From positions 1,088,001 through 1,152,000 of the forward strand of contig CBDHDG010000006.1 of the NCBI GenBank assembly GCA_965261595.1: a stretch of DNA of 64,000 nucleotides. The letters are read 5' to 3'. Shown piece by piece: positions 1 through 14,155 of the stretch. The translations under genes were made by a program, and so were the position numbers. Source of the DNA: a bacterium (lineage in GTDB: Bacteria; UBA8248; JACPRG01; G963555815). The notes under the pieces are model-generated. The model did not search any database. It saw nothing but the letters and a program-made list of their open reading frames with translations, and was not told the DNA's origin. Each line of letters opens with the position of its first letter. The stretch's first letter is position 1.

Positions 1-710
1 ACTACCTCGAAGCCGAAGGTCTGGATGTGTCGATGCTGGGGCGTGCGAAAGATTCGCCGACGGGCGTTGCGCTGATTGTGGTCGGCCCGGACGGCGAGAA
101 CCTCATCACGGTCGCCCCCGGAGCGAACGCACACCTCTCGCCCGCGGACATCGAAAAGGCGAAGGATGCGATCCGGGGCGCGCGCGTCGTCCTGGCCCAG
201 CTCGAAGTTCCGCTGGAAACCGTCGAGGCCGCTTTCCGGATCGCCGCGCGCGCGGGCGTCCGGACGCTGTTGAACCCCGCCCCCGCTCCCGAGAAGCTTC
301 CCAAGGGCCTGCTTGCCCGGACGGACGTGATCATCCCCAACCGGAGCGAAGCCGAGGCGCTTACGGGGGTTGCGATCCCTTCGGTCGAGGCCGCCGGGGC
401 CGCCTGCGCCGCCCTGCGGGACGCGGGCGCGGGAAGCGTCGTGACGACGTTGGGGGAAGAGGGGGCCGTGTTCTCCGGGCCGGAGGGCGGCGGCCATCTC
501 CGTCCGCCCGGTGTCGACGCCGCCGACACAACGGGTGCGGGCGACGCCTTCTGCGGGGCCCTGGCCGCCCGTTTGGCCGAAGGATGGTCTCTGTCCGACG
601 CGGTCCGGTTCGCTTGCGCGGCCGGGGCGCTTGCCTGCACGGTCCGGGGCGCGCAACCTTCTCTTCCGGCCGGAGACCGGATCGAGTCTCTCGCCGCGCG
701 AATGGGGTGA
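1..710 (+). CDS. rbsK: Ribokinase (PfkB family), 5'-truncated by window edge
   Basis: ORF open from position 3; PfkB motifs LNPAP, PNRSEA, VVTTLGEEG, DTTGAGDAFCG. Confidence 0.9.
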   Translation, partial: YLEAEGLDVSMLGRAKDSPTGVALIVVGPDGENLITVAPGANAHLSPADIEKAKDAIRGARVVLAQLEVPLETVEAAFRIAARAGVRTLLNPAPAPEKLPKGLLARTDVIIPNRSEAEALTGVAIPSVEAAGAACAALRDAGAGSVVTTLGEEGAVFSGPEGGGHLRPPGVDAADTTGAGDAFCGALAARLAEGWSLSDAVRFACAAGALACTVRGAQPSLPAGDRIESLAARMG

Positions 711-842
711 GCGGACCGGGGGGATTCGGCCCCGGCTTTTCCGTGAAAATCCGTCAATCTTGCGGGGTTCGGGGCCAGGTGCTACGATCTCAACTGTTTG
801 GCCATTGCGCGTGCCGCCGCGCCTTTGGGGTGAGCGGACCGG
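692..842. repeat. Direct repeat of the rbsK 3' end (692-719 and 815-842)
   Basis: CGCCGCGC-nnn-TGGGGTGAGCGGACCGG occurs twice, 123 bp apart; 17 bp perfect core includes the rbsK stop codon. Confidence 0.75.
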
Positions 843-875
843 CCGGAAGAACGGCAAATCGGGGGGGTCCCATCC

Positions 876-1892
<1,017 letters not shown>

Positions 1893-1906
1893 GAGGTTCA
1901 CCCCCG

Positions 1907-2893
1907 ATGCCGAGCGACGCCCCCAAAAACGAGTTGCTGCTTGAAGTCGAGAATCTGAAGAAGTACTTCCCCGTCCGGGGCGGAATTTTCGGGAAGACCA
2001 CGGCCCACGTCAAAGCGGTGGACGGGGTGAGCTTCACCCTCCGGAAGGGGGAGACCCTGGGCCTCGTCGGAGAGAGCGGCTCGGGCAAGTCCACCACGGG
2101 ACGCGCCATCCTGCGTCTCATCGAGCCGTCCGGGGGCCGGGTCCGATTCGACGGCCAAGACGTGCTCACCCTGGGCAAGAAAGAGCTCCGCGCCCTCCGC
2201 CGCCGGATGCAGATCATCTTTCAGGACCCCTACGCCTCCCTGAACCCCCGGATGACGGTTGGAAGCATCGTGGGCGAGCCGTTCGCGATCCACAAGATCG
2301 CCTCCGGTGAGGAGCGGGCGCACCGGGTGGAGGCTCTGCTCATGCGGGTCGGGCTTTCGGCGGACCAGATGCGCCGCTACCCCCACGAGTTCAGCGGGGG
2401 CCAGCGGCAGCGGATCGGCGTCGCCCGCGCCCTGGCGCTCAACCCGGAGTTCATCATCGGCGATGAGCCGGTCTCGGCGCTCGACGTGTCGGTCCAGGCG
2501 CAGGTGATCAACCTTCTCGAAGACCTTCAGAAAGAATTCGGTCTCAGTTACCTCATCATCGCCCACGACCTGAGCGTCGTTCGGCACATCAGCCACCGCA
2601 TCGCGGTGATGTACCTGGGGAAGATCGTCGAGATTGCCGACAACGAGGCGCTCTACGGCGATCCGCTGCACCCCTACACGGAAGCCCTCCTGTCGGCGGC
2701 GCCCGTCCCGGACCCGAGGCGGAAGCGGAAGCGGATCGTCCTGAAGGGAGACATCCCCAGCCCCATCAATCCCCCGTCCGGCTGCGTCTTCCACACTCGC
2801 TGCCCCATCGCCGAGGATCGCTGCAAGACGGAGCTCCCCGAGCTGCGCACCCTCCCCGACGGCCGGATGCTCGCCTGCCATTTGAGGGGTTGA
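1907..2893 (+). CDS. oppF: Oligopeptide/dipeptide ABC transporter ATP-binding subunit (OppF/DppF type)
   Basis: [46 protein letters not shown] 1907 with GAGAGG RBS. Confidence 0.9.
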   Translation: MPSDAPKNELLLEVENLKKYFPVRGGIFGKTTAHVKAVDGVSFTLRKGETLGLVGESGSGKSTTGRAILRLIEPSGGRVRFDGQDVLTLGKKELRALRRRMQIIFQDPYASLNPRMTVGSIVGEPFAIHKIASGEERAHRVEALLMRVGLSADQMRRYPHEFSGGQRQRIGVARALALNPEFIIGDEPVSALDVSVQAQVINLLEDLQKEFGLSYLIIAHDLSVVRHISHRIAVMYLGKIVEIADNEALYGDPLHPYTEALLSAAPVPDPRRKRKRIVLKGDIPSPINPPSGCVFHTRCPIAEDRCKTELPELRTLPDGRMLACHLRG

Positions 2894-3019
2894 AATCATC
2901 GGGGGGATGCTTTGAAAACGGTCCCCACAGGGGCCGTCTTTGTCTCGCAGATCACAATTCCGAAAAAGTGAACAGTTTCCGACGCCTATTCTTAATCGAG
3001 AAAAATAGCTGAATTACGG

Positions 3020-3691
3020 TTAAAGCAGATGTCCGCTCCCTCGAAGAACCATACGGAAGGCGGTTTCGATGTCTTTTAGAAATCGGGGAAATTTCTCCGG
3101 GCATTGGGATTTGATTTCCTGGAGGTGTATTCGTTCGTCCCAGATTTCCGCAAATTCCCGCGCCAAATCTTGGTTGCCCTCACCATAAGACCGGTCGCAC
3201 TCATCGGAGAGTTTCGTAAGTTCGTCGAGTGTCTTCTTAGGTTGTTCATCTCGTTCCGCACTATACTTCCTCCGAGCATAAGCGCTCTCGGAAGGGGCCT
3301 CAGGGAAACCAAGCCAACCCAAAGTATTCGTACGATCTCCGAGCCACCAGGCTTCTATCTCCTTTTTGCAGATCCCGAGGACAAATCGATCATCACCTCT
3401 GATCAACTTTTTAACTCTCGTTTGGACTTTCGCCGTTCGTTGATCAAGAAGAATAACCACGAATGAATATGGGAACTCCGATGATCCTCGTAACACTCGA
3501 ACAAATCTCTCAAGTGCTTTTTGTACACCGCCATGACCGCGAATGGGCATATGTAAAAAATCCGCCCGATCCTCCGGGTCGATTGGCCAGGTAATATTGT
3601 TTCTGTCCCGGGCGATTCCACTCAAAATTGGCCCGATGAGCTCTTGGTCGATAGGTCCTTCGGCGATAATGCCAACACGGGTGCTCCTCAC
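3020..3691 (-). CDS. DUF4276-like / TOPRIM-like putative nuclease partner of AAA ATPase
   Basis: N-terminal IIAEGPID, central VVILLD, EIEAWWL motif; start overlaps stop of upstream ATPase; AT-richer than flanks. Confidence 0.6.
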   Translation of the reverse strand: MRSTRVGIIAEGPIDQELIGPILSGIARDRNNITWPIDPEDRADFLHMPIRGHGGVQKALERFVRVLRGSSEFPYSFVVILLDQRTAKVQTRVKKLIRGDDRFVLGICKKEIEAWWLGDRTNTLGWLGFPEAPSESAYARRKYSAERDEQPKKTLDELTKLSDECDRSYGEGNQDLAREFAEIWDERIHLQEIKSQCPEKFPRFLKDIETAFRMVLRGSGHLL

Positions 3692-4923
3692 TTCCCCCTT
3701 GCCGTGGCGCCCAAGAGACCCGAGACCCAGGCTTCTCCCAATGAGTGTTCGAATGTATCTCGAACGATTGATAAATCTTTTTTCTCCGAAAGACGCGTTA
3801 TGTTTGTACCTTCTTGGGGCCTTCCACGTTCCACAAGAAATACCTGCTCCGGATGATCATAAAATTCATCAAGAACGTAAGGGCTGTGAGTTGTGAAAAA
3901 CACCTGACAATCGTTTGGTGGCTTCCGTTGCGTCAGCTCACGGAGAATCTGCACGACTTCTCGAATCAGTTGAGGATGTACACCATTTTCGGGTTCTTCA
4001 AAAGTAATCACACTGGGCAAACGCTCGACATAAAGCAACGATGTGACAGCAAGCAACCGAAGAACACCGTCACTCACTTGCCGGCTATTAAAGGACACAT
4101 CTCGACCATTTTGTTCATGAATACGGATGGATTGCGAACCCCGATCTCCACCTCCCTCTATGCTGATCGAAGACACGGTTGGAAAGAGCTTCTTAATCCG
4201 TCTAAGTAGGCGGTTAAAACCTTTTGGGTTTTTGCGGCGCAATGCATTAAGAATTGGAGCCAAGTGTTCGCCGGAAGGCCCTAACATCGTGTGACGTCCT
4301 CGATCCGGGTTACGAAGGATTTTCGGGTCCCAGAACTGGAAGGAACGAAAATTCTCGACCCACTCCTTAAACCTCAAGAGTTCCGGATAGGCCTCACGAT
4401 TTTTTCAATCACTTGGGTCTAGACGACTGATGGCGCTGGATGGAAGACTCAGACCCGGCAAGAGTTCTTTTTCTTTTGAATGGCGATTTTCGAGTAAAAT
4501 TCGACGCCCCTTTCGATTGAGAAGAACTTCATGCGTGTCCGTCCCTTCGGCTAAATAACCCAAGAACTCACTACCAATTGAAAGATATCTTTTCGATGAA
4601 AGAGTCACATGGTAAATATATTGTCCCGCGGCATTGCCATTCTCGTCAGGCGAAAGCGCCGCAACGATAGTCCAGCGAATGACCTTGTTCCTCTCCCGTA
4701 AATTTGGAAGGTCTCTAGAGTTCCAACCGCGCTCCTGTAAATAAACCTCAACGGAGCTCATGAAGAATGCTCTTAGAAAATCAATTGCCTGTAGAACGGC
4801 GGATTTACCGCTGCCATTGGGTCCGACCAGGACATTCAACCTGTCGAACTCCAACGTTTGATCATCGGACTTTGGTATCTGACGCAAGCTCTTAAAGTTC
4901 TTAATTCCTCGCGTCTGAATCAC
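3688..4923 (-). pseudogene. ABC-type/AAA_21-like ATPase interrupted by a single in-frame TGA (4405-4407)
   Basis: ORFs 4405-4923 (IKNFKS, Walker A GPNGSGKS) and 3688-4377 (VSDGVLR, Walker B FEEPENGVHP, TTHSP) are in the same frame, separated by TGA plus 9 sense codons. Confidence 0.8.
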
Positions 4924-5032
4924 CGTGATTGCCTTCTATGGGTTTGTGTGCTTCGCCGTACATCAGGGGCGGCTCAATCGCTTGATTATCACGAAATCCC
5001 TGGAAAAAGACAATAACCAAAATGAATTCGGT

Positions 5033-5836
5033 CTAGAATCTCAACAGAATACGAGCCGTCTGATACATCGCGAAACATTCCAGGGCGAAGGGGGGGAAGC
5101 CGAGGAAACCGACGATCGGCATCTCGAAGACCTTCACGTCGGAGAGGATCGGGACGGTGTAATACCATTTGGCCGTCGCCCAGAAGTTCCAGAACTCCCA
5201 CAGGAACCCGCAGATCAGTCCGCCTACGAAAAGCGCCGCCATGCGCTCGTAATCGCCCTCGGCGAAATCCCGGAACAGGCTGTCCGGCGCGTAGACCAGA
5301 TTGATCGGCCCGAGGAAGAAGACCGTCCCCATCCAAACGAGCGGCCAGAGATACCCGGACGGGTAAACCAACGGAACCGCCAGACAGATGAAACCAAGCG
5401 TGAAGAGGGCGCGCAGGGCCGCCGGCGACCAGGGCCGCGCCTTTCCCCGGTAGCGCCGGAACCACCGAAACGCCAGCAACAGGTCCGCCGTCACGAAGAG
5501 GCCGGGGAAAATCGTGCCGAACGCCCAGAAGTAACCGAATCCCCGCACCCAGAGATTCTCCGGCAGGCCGATGTAGTGCCAGCCCTGCATCCCGTGATTG
5601 TACAGCTCGTAAATGAGCCACGAGATGACCGAGATGGGAATCAGAAGACAGAATTCGCTTCTGCGCGTCGTCAGCCAGGAGATCCCTTTGAGCCGGAAGA
5701 CAACGGCGTCGGCCAGAAGGATGTATCCCGTCCAAGCCACGGGTGTCATGTTGGCGGCGATCACGGGATCGCCCGCGAACAGAAAGGCCTCGGCCGAAGC
5801 GAGGATGGCGAGGCCGATCCAACCGTAAAGCCTCAA
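5033..5836 (-). CDS. Polytopic membrane protein of unknown function
   Basis: 267 aa, ~7 hydrophobic segments, two repeats of a WxxE..N...WxY motif. Confidence 0.7.
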   Translation of the reverse strand: MRLYGWIGLAILASAEAFLFAGDPVIAANMTPVAWTGYILLADAVVFRLKGISWLTTRRSEFCLLIPISVISWLIYELYNHGMQGWHYIGLPENLWVRGFGYFWAFGTIFPGLFVTADLLLAFRWFRRYRGKARPWSPAALRALFTLGFICLAVPLVYPSGYLWPLVWMGTVFFLGPINLVYAPDSLFRDFAEGDYERMAALFVGGLICGFLWEFWNFWATAKWYYTVPILSDVKVFEMPIVGFLGFPPFALECFAMYQTARILLRF

Positions 5837-5862
5837 TTCATTTTCCTTGGATGATCAGGTCT

Positions 5863-6147
5863 TCACAGGCAGGGAATCGGGAACAGACGGTCTACGTCGT
5901 CATGGGTTTTGAGCCCGACGGCTTCCCGCTGAACAATCAGGTTATACCGGCAGCGGTGCGCCCGCTTCACCGCGCGGCCGTAATCCCCGGATTGAAGAAG
6001 CGTTTCCCGGGCCCCCGTCCACGCGGACTCCAACGCCCGAAGCCGCTCGACAGAGGCGCGCAGCTTCCTTCCCGTTCGGCCGAGCGCCGCGGCCTTCTCC
6101 CGCTCAATCTCGATCTCGACGGCGAGGGGCTTGTCGATTACGTCCAC
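5863..6147 (-). CDS. Small helical protein, DUF6665-like
   Basis: EKAAALGRTGRKL ... LIVQREAVGL ... FPIP pattern. Confidence 0.6.
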   Translation of the reverse strand: MDVIDKPLAVEIEIEREKAAALGRTGRKLRASVERLRALESAWTGARETLLQSGDYGRAVKRAHRCRYNLIVQREAVGLKTHDDVDRLFPIPCL

Positions 6148-6180
6148 GGATGAAAACTCCCTTCAGGAAGGCCCCCGCGC

Positions 6181-6753
6181 TCAAACCAGCTCGATGATCT
6201 CTTCGCAATACGGGGCGTGCGGCCGAATGGCCCGGTAGTTACGCCGGAACCGCAGGCCCGGGTGGATCTTTCGGAGGAGATCGTTCACCGGCCGCTCGTA
6301 GATGGTCTTGCAGACATACCGGGTGTCCAGCCCCAGGTCGGCGCACGCGTGGTGGACCGGGGAAAAGTTGTAGGACCGGATGACCAGCTTGCGGTCCGAG
6401 CGCTCGACGATGGGGACCTCTTGGGGGTCCAGGCCCAGGTACTCGATGTAAAAGATCCGGTAGGCCCGGTCCAGGATCGGGAGCCGAGCCACATCCTGAT
6501 CGGCCAGCCTCTCCCGGTTGGCCTCCCACCACCGGAGCCGCTTTCGCGACACCTCGTCCTCCCGCTCTGCAAAAGCCGCCGCCCCTTCCCCGGCCAGACG
6601 CGAGAGCCGGTCGATCTCTTTCCGGATCTCGCGCCCCTCCGACCCGGAACGGCCCGCTTCATCGCCTGCTTGCTGGAGGATTTCGCGACATGGCCAACAT
6701 CCCTTCGCCCGGACCCGATCTGGCCGCTTGCGGAGTTCGGGGCCGGCGTCCAT
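6181..6753 (-). CDS. Hypothetical protein with Cys-rich, possibly metal-binding C-terminal domain
   Basis: Directly follows alaS; CWPC, HHAC..LGLDTRYVC, YCEEIIE motifs. Confidence 0.65.
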   Translation of the reverse strand: MDAGPELRKRPDRVRAKGCWPCREILQQAGDEAGRSGSEGREIRKEIDRLSRLAGEGAAAFAEREDEVSRKRLRWWEANRERLADQDVARLPILDRAYRIFYIEYLGLDPQEVPIVERSDRKLVIRSYNFSPVHHACADLGLDTRYVCKTIYERPVNDLLRKIHPGLRFRRNYRAIRPHAPYCEEIIELV

Positions 6754-6771
6754 TTCGCCGGAGGGGAGGGT

Positions 6772-9444
<2,673 letters not shown>

Positions 9445-9692
9445 TTTGCACCTCTACGGGATTCGTTTCCGCACCGATCTCATTGCGCTCCACATCTTCT
9501 CCAAGATAGGGCACATATCGGGCGTAGACAAGAAGAAGCGGGCGGAGGGGTTTCGTGCCGCTCCGGGCGGGCGCCGATACGGCGTCCGCCGCTCGGGATG
9601 GTTAGCGGGGTCTTCCCTCGGAGATGAGAGGAAGGGGGGGGACTTCGATGGGGGGGAGGAAATCGAGGACGGGAGGACGTCCCGCCCCATCA

Positions 9693-10153
9693 TTAAGCCT
9701 CGCCGTTGATTTTGGGCGTTTCCACCAGGGAAAAAAAACGGGCGAGGGCCTGGACCATCTCGACGAGCTTGCGGTATTCAACCGGCTTGACGAGATAATT
9801 GTTGCAACCCAGCTTGTAACAAAGGTCGATTTCCTTCGGGTCATCGGTCGTCGTCAGCATCGTCACCGGCAGCTTTTTGAGCTCCTCCTTTTTCTTGATT
9901 TCCTGGAGGGTTTCGATACCGCTCATCCCGGGAAGGCCGATGTCCAATAACATCTGGTATGAGCCCCCCGGCTCGCGATTGATCCCCTCCGTGTTCCGAA
10001 GGAGAAACGCCAGGCCTCTTCGCCATCCTCGAAAGACCGGATTTCGTTTTCCATTCCGGCGCGTCTCAGGTTGCGCTCGATCAAATCCCGGTGCGCCGGG
10101 TCATCTTCCACAATCAGGATCACACTGTCAGTCTTCACTTGCACCTCCCTCAC
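9693..10153 (-). CDS. Single-domain response regulator (Rcp1/CheY-like), 1-nt frameshift near 10013
   Basis: ILIVEDD...DGEEA in one frame continues as LAFLLRN...LLDIGLPGMSG...LTT...NNYLVKP in another; adding one C in GAGGCC(C)TGGCG restores it. Confidence 0.8.
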
Positions 10154-10155
10154 AT

Positions 10156-13100
10156 TCAGCCCCTAGGCAAGACGATGTAGAATGCGCTACCCTCACCGGG
10201 GTCCGATTCGACCCAGATTTTCCCATTATGCCGGGCAACGATCTGACGTGCAATTGTCAGACCAAGGCCCTCCCCCTGTATATCGGATTTCTTCAGCCGG
10301 TGAAAAATGTCGAAGATCCTCTCCGAGAGGTCGGGGCGGACTCCAATGCCGTTGTCTTTCACGCAATAGATGGAGTTTTCCTCCTCCTCCCGGGCCGAGA
10401 TGTCGATGACGGGGGGCCGCGAAGGGTCCCGGTATTTCAGGGCGTTGTCCACAAGGTTGGAAAATACCTGTGTGATCAGGGTGACATCGCCTCGACAAGA
10501 CGGCAGGCTTTCAATTCGCAAGTCCGCGCCTGTTTTATGAATTCGGTCGTTAAGGGATTCCGCGATGTCGGTCATCATCGCGTTCATATCGAGACGGTCC
10601 ACGCCGACGGTGGCTTGTCCCAGCCTGGACACGCGCAACAGGCCCTTGTGCAATACGTCAATCCGACTCGCGCCGGATTGAATACAGTGAACGAAATGGG
10701 AGATCTTCTCATCGAGCGTCGAAAGGAGCTCCTTTTTGACGGCCTCATCCACGCCCATCCCGTTGAGCGTGGACCGCAGGTCCTGGCAAGTCTCCGCCAG
10801 CTCTTCGCTGTAGCCTTGGATGGTGACCAGCGGGGAGCGCAAGTCATGGGACGCGACGTGGACGATGGTTTCCAGCTCCTTGTTCTTTTCCCCCAGCTCC
10901 CGGTTGAGGTCTTGAAGCGCCTCGTCGGCCTGCTTGCGTTCGGTGATGTCGCGGAGAAAGCTGAAGATGTATTCCTTGCCCGCGAATTCCAGGAAGTTGG
11001 CGGAAATCTCGACCGGGATGGCTGTTCCGTCTTTCGTCAGGTGAAGGGTTTCGAACATCATGGCACCCGAACGCTTGACCCTTTCCCAGTTGTCCGGGAA
11101 GGAATGCCCGGGAGAACCCGGGTCGATATCCGGCACCCGCATGGAGAGCAATTCCTCTCGGGAATATCCGAGGGTGTTGCACGCCGCTTCATTGACAAAG
11201 AGGAATCGGCCGTCCGGCGCGATCCAGTAAGTGGCGTCCCCCGCCCGCTCGATGGAAAATTGTGTGAGGTTCAGGGCTTCTTCCGACCGTTTGCGCTCGG
11301 TGATGTCGCGGACCACGGCCACCACGTAATCGCGGCTTTCGAAGGTCTGAAGAGAAACCGACACCTCAACGGGGAGAGAAGTTCCGTCTTTGCGGCGGTG
11401 AACATTTTCTTCCATGATCAGTGTCTTGCCCGTTTCCCTAAGGTGCCCAAGATGGGCTCGCCACTGTTCAGGGGTTTGAATTTTGTGGGCCACCTCAATA
11501 TCTTTGGGTCCGCGAACGAGCAGCTCGTCGCGTGAGTATCCCAGCATGCGGCACGCGGTGTCGTTCACATCCACGAAATCGCCGGTTTCCCCATCTATGA
11601 TGTAGAATGCTTCACCTGTCTGATCGAGAATCGTCCGAAATCTTTCAAGCGCAAGCTCTGCTTGTTTCCGTTCGGTGATGTCGCGGTGGATCCCGCTGGC
11701 TCCGACAAATCGTCCCCTTTGGTCTTTGATAGCGGATGCTGTAATGGAGACGTTGACCGGCGTCCCGTCCTTTCTTCGTCGAACGACCTCAAAGGGCGGG
11801 ATCGATCCACCGGCTAAGAGCCGCTCCCAAAACGCTTTGAAATCCCTCTCCCCTTCCAGATAGATCCAGGTGATGTGCTCTCCAAGCATCTCTTCTTCGG
11901 AGTAGCCGTAAATGGCTTTCGCACCAGGATTCCATGAAGTGATTCGCCCGTCTAAATCCACCGTCATGATTCCATCTGCGGCGCCGCGGACGAACCTGTC
12001 CAGGCGCTCGCCGGTCTCGCGGACCCTGGCGTAAAGCTCCGCATTCCGGATCGCAGCGCCCAGGTGATCGGCCACCCACCGCAAAAGCTGGATGTGTTCT
12101 TCCGAAAAGGCGTCCACCGCTTCGGCCGCGACGTTCAAAAACCCGACGCACTCTCCTTGGTTGACAATCGGTGTGTTCATGACGGACCGGAGGCCCTCCG
12201 CCTCCAGGACCCGGCTTCTGGGATGGGGGTCCTCGCGTGTATCGGGAATGTAGACGGGTTCCAGGGTTCTCAGGATCTCTTCGAAGCGGGTCCCTTTCAG
12301 GGTCGCGGGCGGCACCCGGGGCTGTCTTTCCTTGACGTCGTCTACGGATGAGATTTGCGAGATTTCCCGCTTGTCCGCGTCCAGGATGAACAGGCTGGCC
12401 CGGTCACAGGGAACCACCCGCTTGACCTGCTGGGCGGTGATTTGAAACAGCTTGTCCAGGTCCAGGGTGGCGTTGATGGCCCTGGAGATCTCGTCCAGGA
12501 CTTCAAGCGTTGTCGCCCGCCCCTGGGCCTCCGTCAGCAACCGCGAGTTTTCGATGGCGATGGCGGCGTGAGCGGCCAGACTCGACATGGCGTTGAGGGT
12601 CGCCTCGGAAAAATCCCGAGGCGTCGGGGTGATGCAGGTGAGGGCGCCGATGACCCGTCCCTGGAAGCGCATGGGAATTCCCAGGTAGGAGCCGATCGGG
12701 TCGTCCCGGTTCATTTCGAGATCCACCCATTTGGGGTCCTTCACGGCCTCACGCAGATAGAGCCGCTTCCCGCTTCCGATCACGTCTCGCATGAGGCCCT
12801 TCTCGTCCTCGGAAATCACATCTCCGGCGGGAGACACGCCTGATGGATTAATCCCGGCGCGGCAGAGCACCTGGTTTCTCTCGGATTCTCGAAGCCACAC
12901 CTCGACAAATGAGGCGCCCGTCAGCCTCTTTCCTCCTTGAAGGATAGAGGAAAGAACCTTGTCCAGGTCCAGTGAAGAGGTGATCGTTTGCGACGATTCG
13001 TCCACCGCGACGAGATCGCGGTAATTCTCTTGAGCCGTCTGGTAGAGCCCGGCCTTTTCCATGGCGACCGCGGCGTGGCCGGCCAGGGATTCGAGGAGGC

Positions 13101-14002
13101 GGAGGTCGGATTCGGTGAAGTAATCCGGCTTTTGCACAAAACATCCGACAAATCCCCGGACTTCCCCGGAGACAGGGAGCGGAACGCAGAGATAGGAGTG
13201 CACGTCTTGCGCTTTGGCCCATTCGGACTCTATCCAGCGGGGGTCGTTATGGACATCCGAGACGATTGCGGCCCCCCCGTGCTGGACGACCCATCCCCCG
13301 AGCCCGACCCCCCGCTTCAGAATGGGGGGGGCGCCGGTGGATCCGGGGATGGTCCCGTGGAAGGCGCGGCATCGCAGCGAGTCGGTTTCATTCTCAAGGA
13401 GAAAGATTTCCGAGTAGAGGCCTCCCAGGAGCTCCACCGTCGCCTTCGCAACGGCGTCCAAGACCTCGGACAAATCAAGGTTCGAGGAAACCTGAAGCGT
13501 CAGATCGTGAAGCCTGTCCAGCCGCCGGGAGGACTCTTTCTCTCCGGCGTAGAGACGGCCGTTCTCGATGGCGATGCCGGCCAGGTCGGTGAACGGCCGG
13601 ATGGCGGATTTTTCTTCTTCCGAAACTTCCCGGACTTCGTTGAAATAGAGCACCAGACGCCCTTGGGCCCCATCGCCGGAAAAGAGGGGAAACCCGACGA
13701 GGAGATTGGATGCCTTCGGTTTTGAACGCGGCCCTCGCGGGCTTTAATTTCGGGTCCGTCCTTGCGGCGGACGTGGAAAAAATCACCGACTCATCGAGAT
13801 GACGGCTAAGAGGCATTTCCTTCCATTTTTTGGCGATCGTGTCGAGATAATCCCGCGAGAGCCCGACGGACGCCTCGCATCGGAAGGTGTCATCGCCGGG
13901 GTCGTAGACGTAGATCGCGGCCCTGTCGGCGTTCAAAAAGCGGCTGCTCTGGGTGACAATCCGCTCCAGAATCTCGGACAAGGAACTGTCCATCGAGGGC
14001 AT
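10156..14002 (-). CDS. Sensor histidine kinase (about 4 GAF + 3 PAS + HisKA + HATPase), frameshift near 13700
   Basis: Repeated GAF ends (AGIAIEN, AAVAMEK, AAIAIEN, GAAIRN), PAS ends DITERK x3, SHDLRSPL, NLVDNALKY, DNGIG, GEGLGL; ORF 13475-14002 is the first GAF and joins at GIQS/LVGFPL. Confidence 0.85.
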
Positions 14003-14155
14003 TGATAAAACCCCTCCCCTATCACTTGAGTCATACGGATGGCGTTGAATAGTTCAAAAACGGGTGAGAAAATGCTTACACAATCTCGATCAAAAATTAA
14101 CCGGGGAGAATGGGTGTGACACCGGATCGACCGGAATATTGCTTAGGACACACAC

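Noticed and set aside
4405..4407. Selenocysteine recoding or alternative genetic code at the in-frame TGA
   Set aside because: Position is in a variable linker of an ATPase, no obvious SECIS hairpin follows, and TGA is the normal stop of many genes here
9445..9692. T-box or other leader RNA upstream of alaS
   Set aside because: No T-box consensus or terminator/antiterminator recognisable
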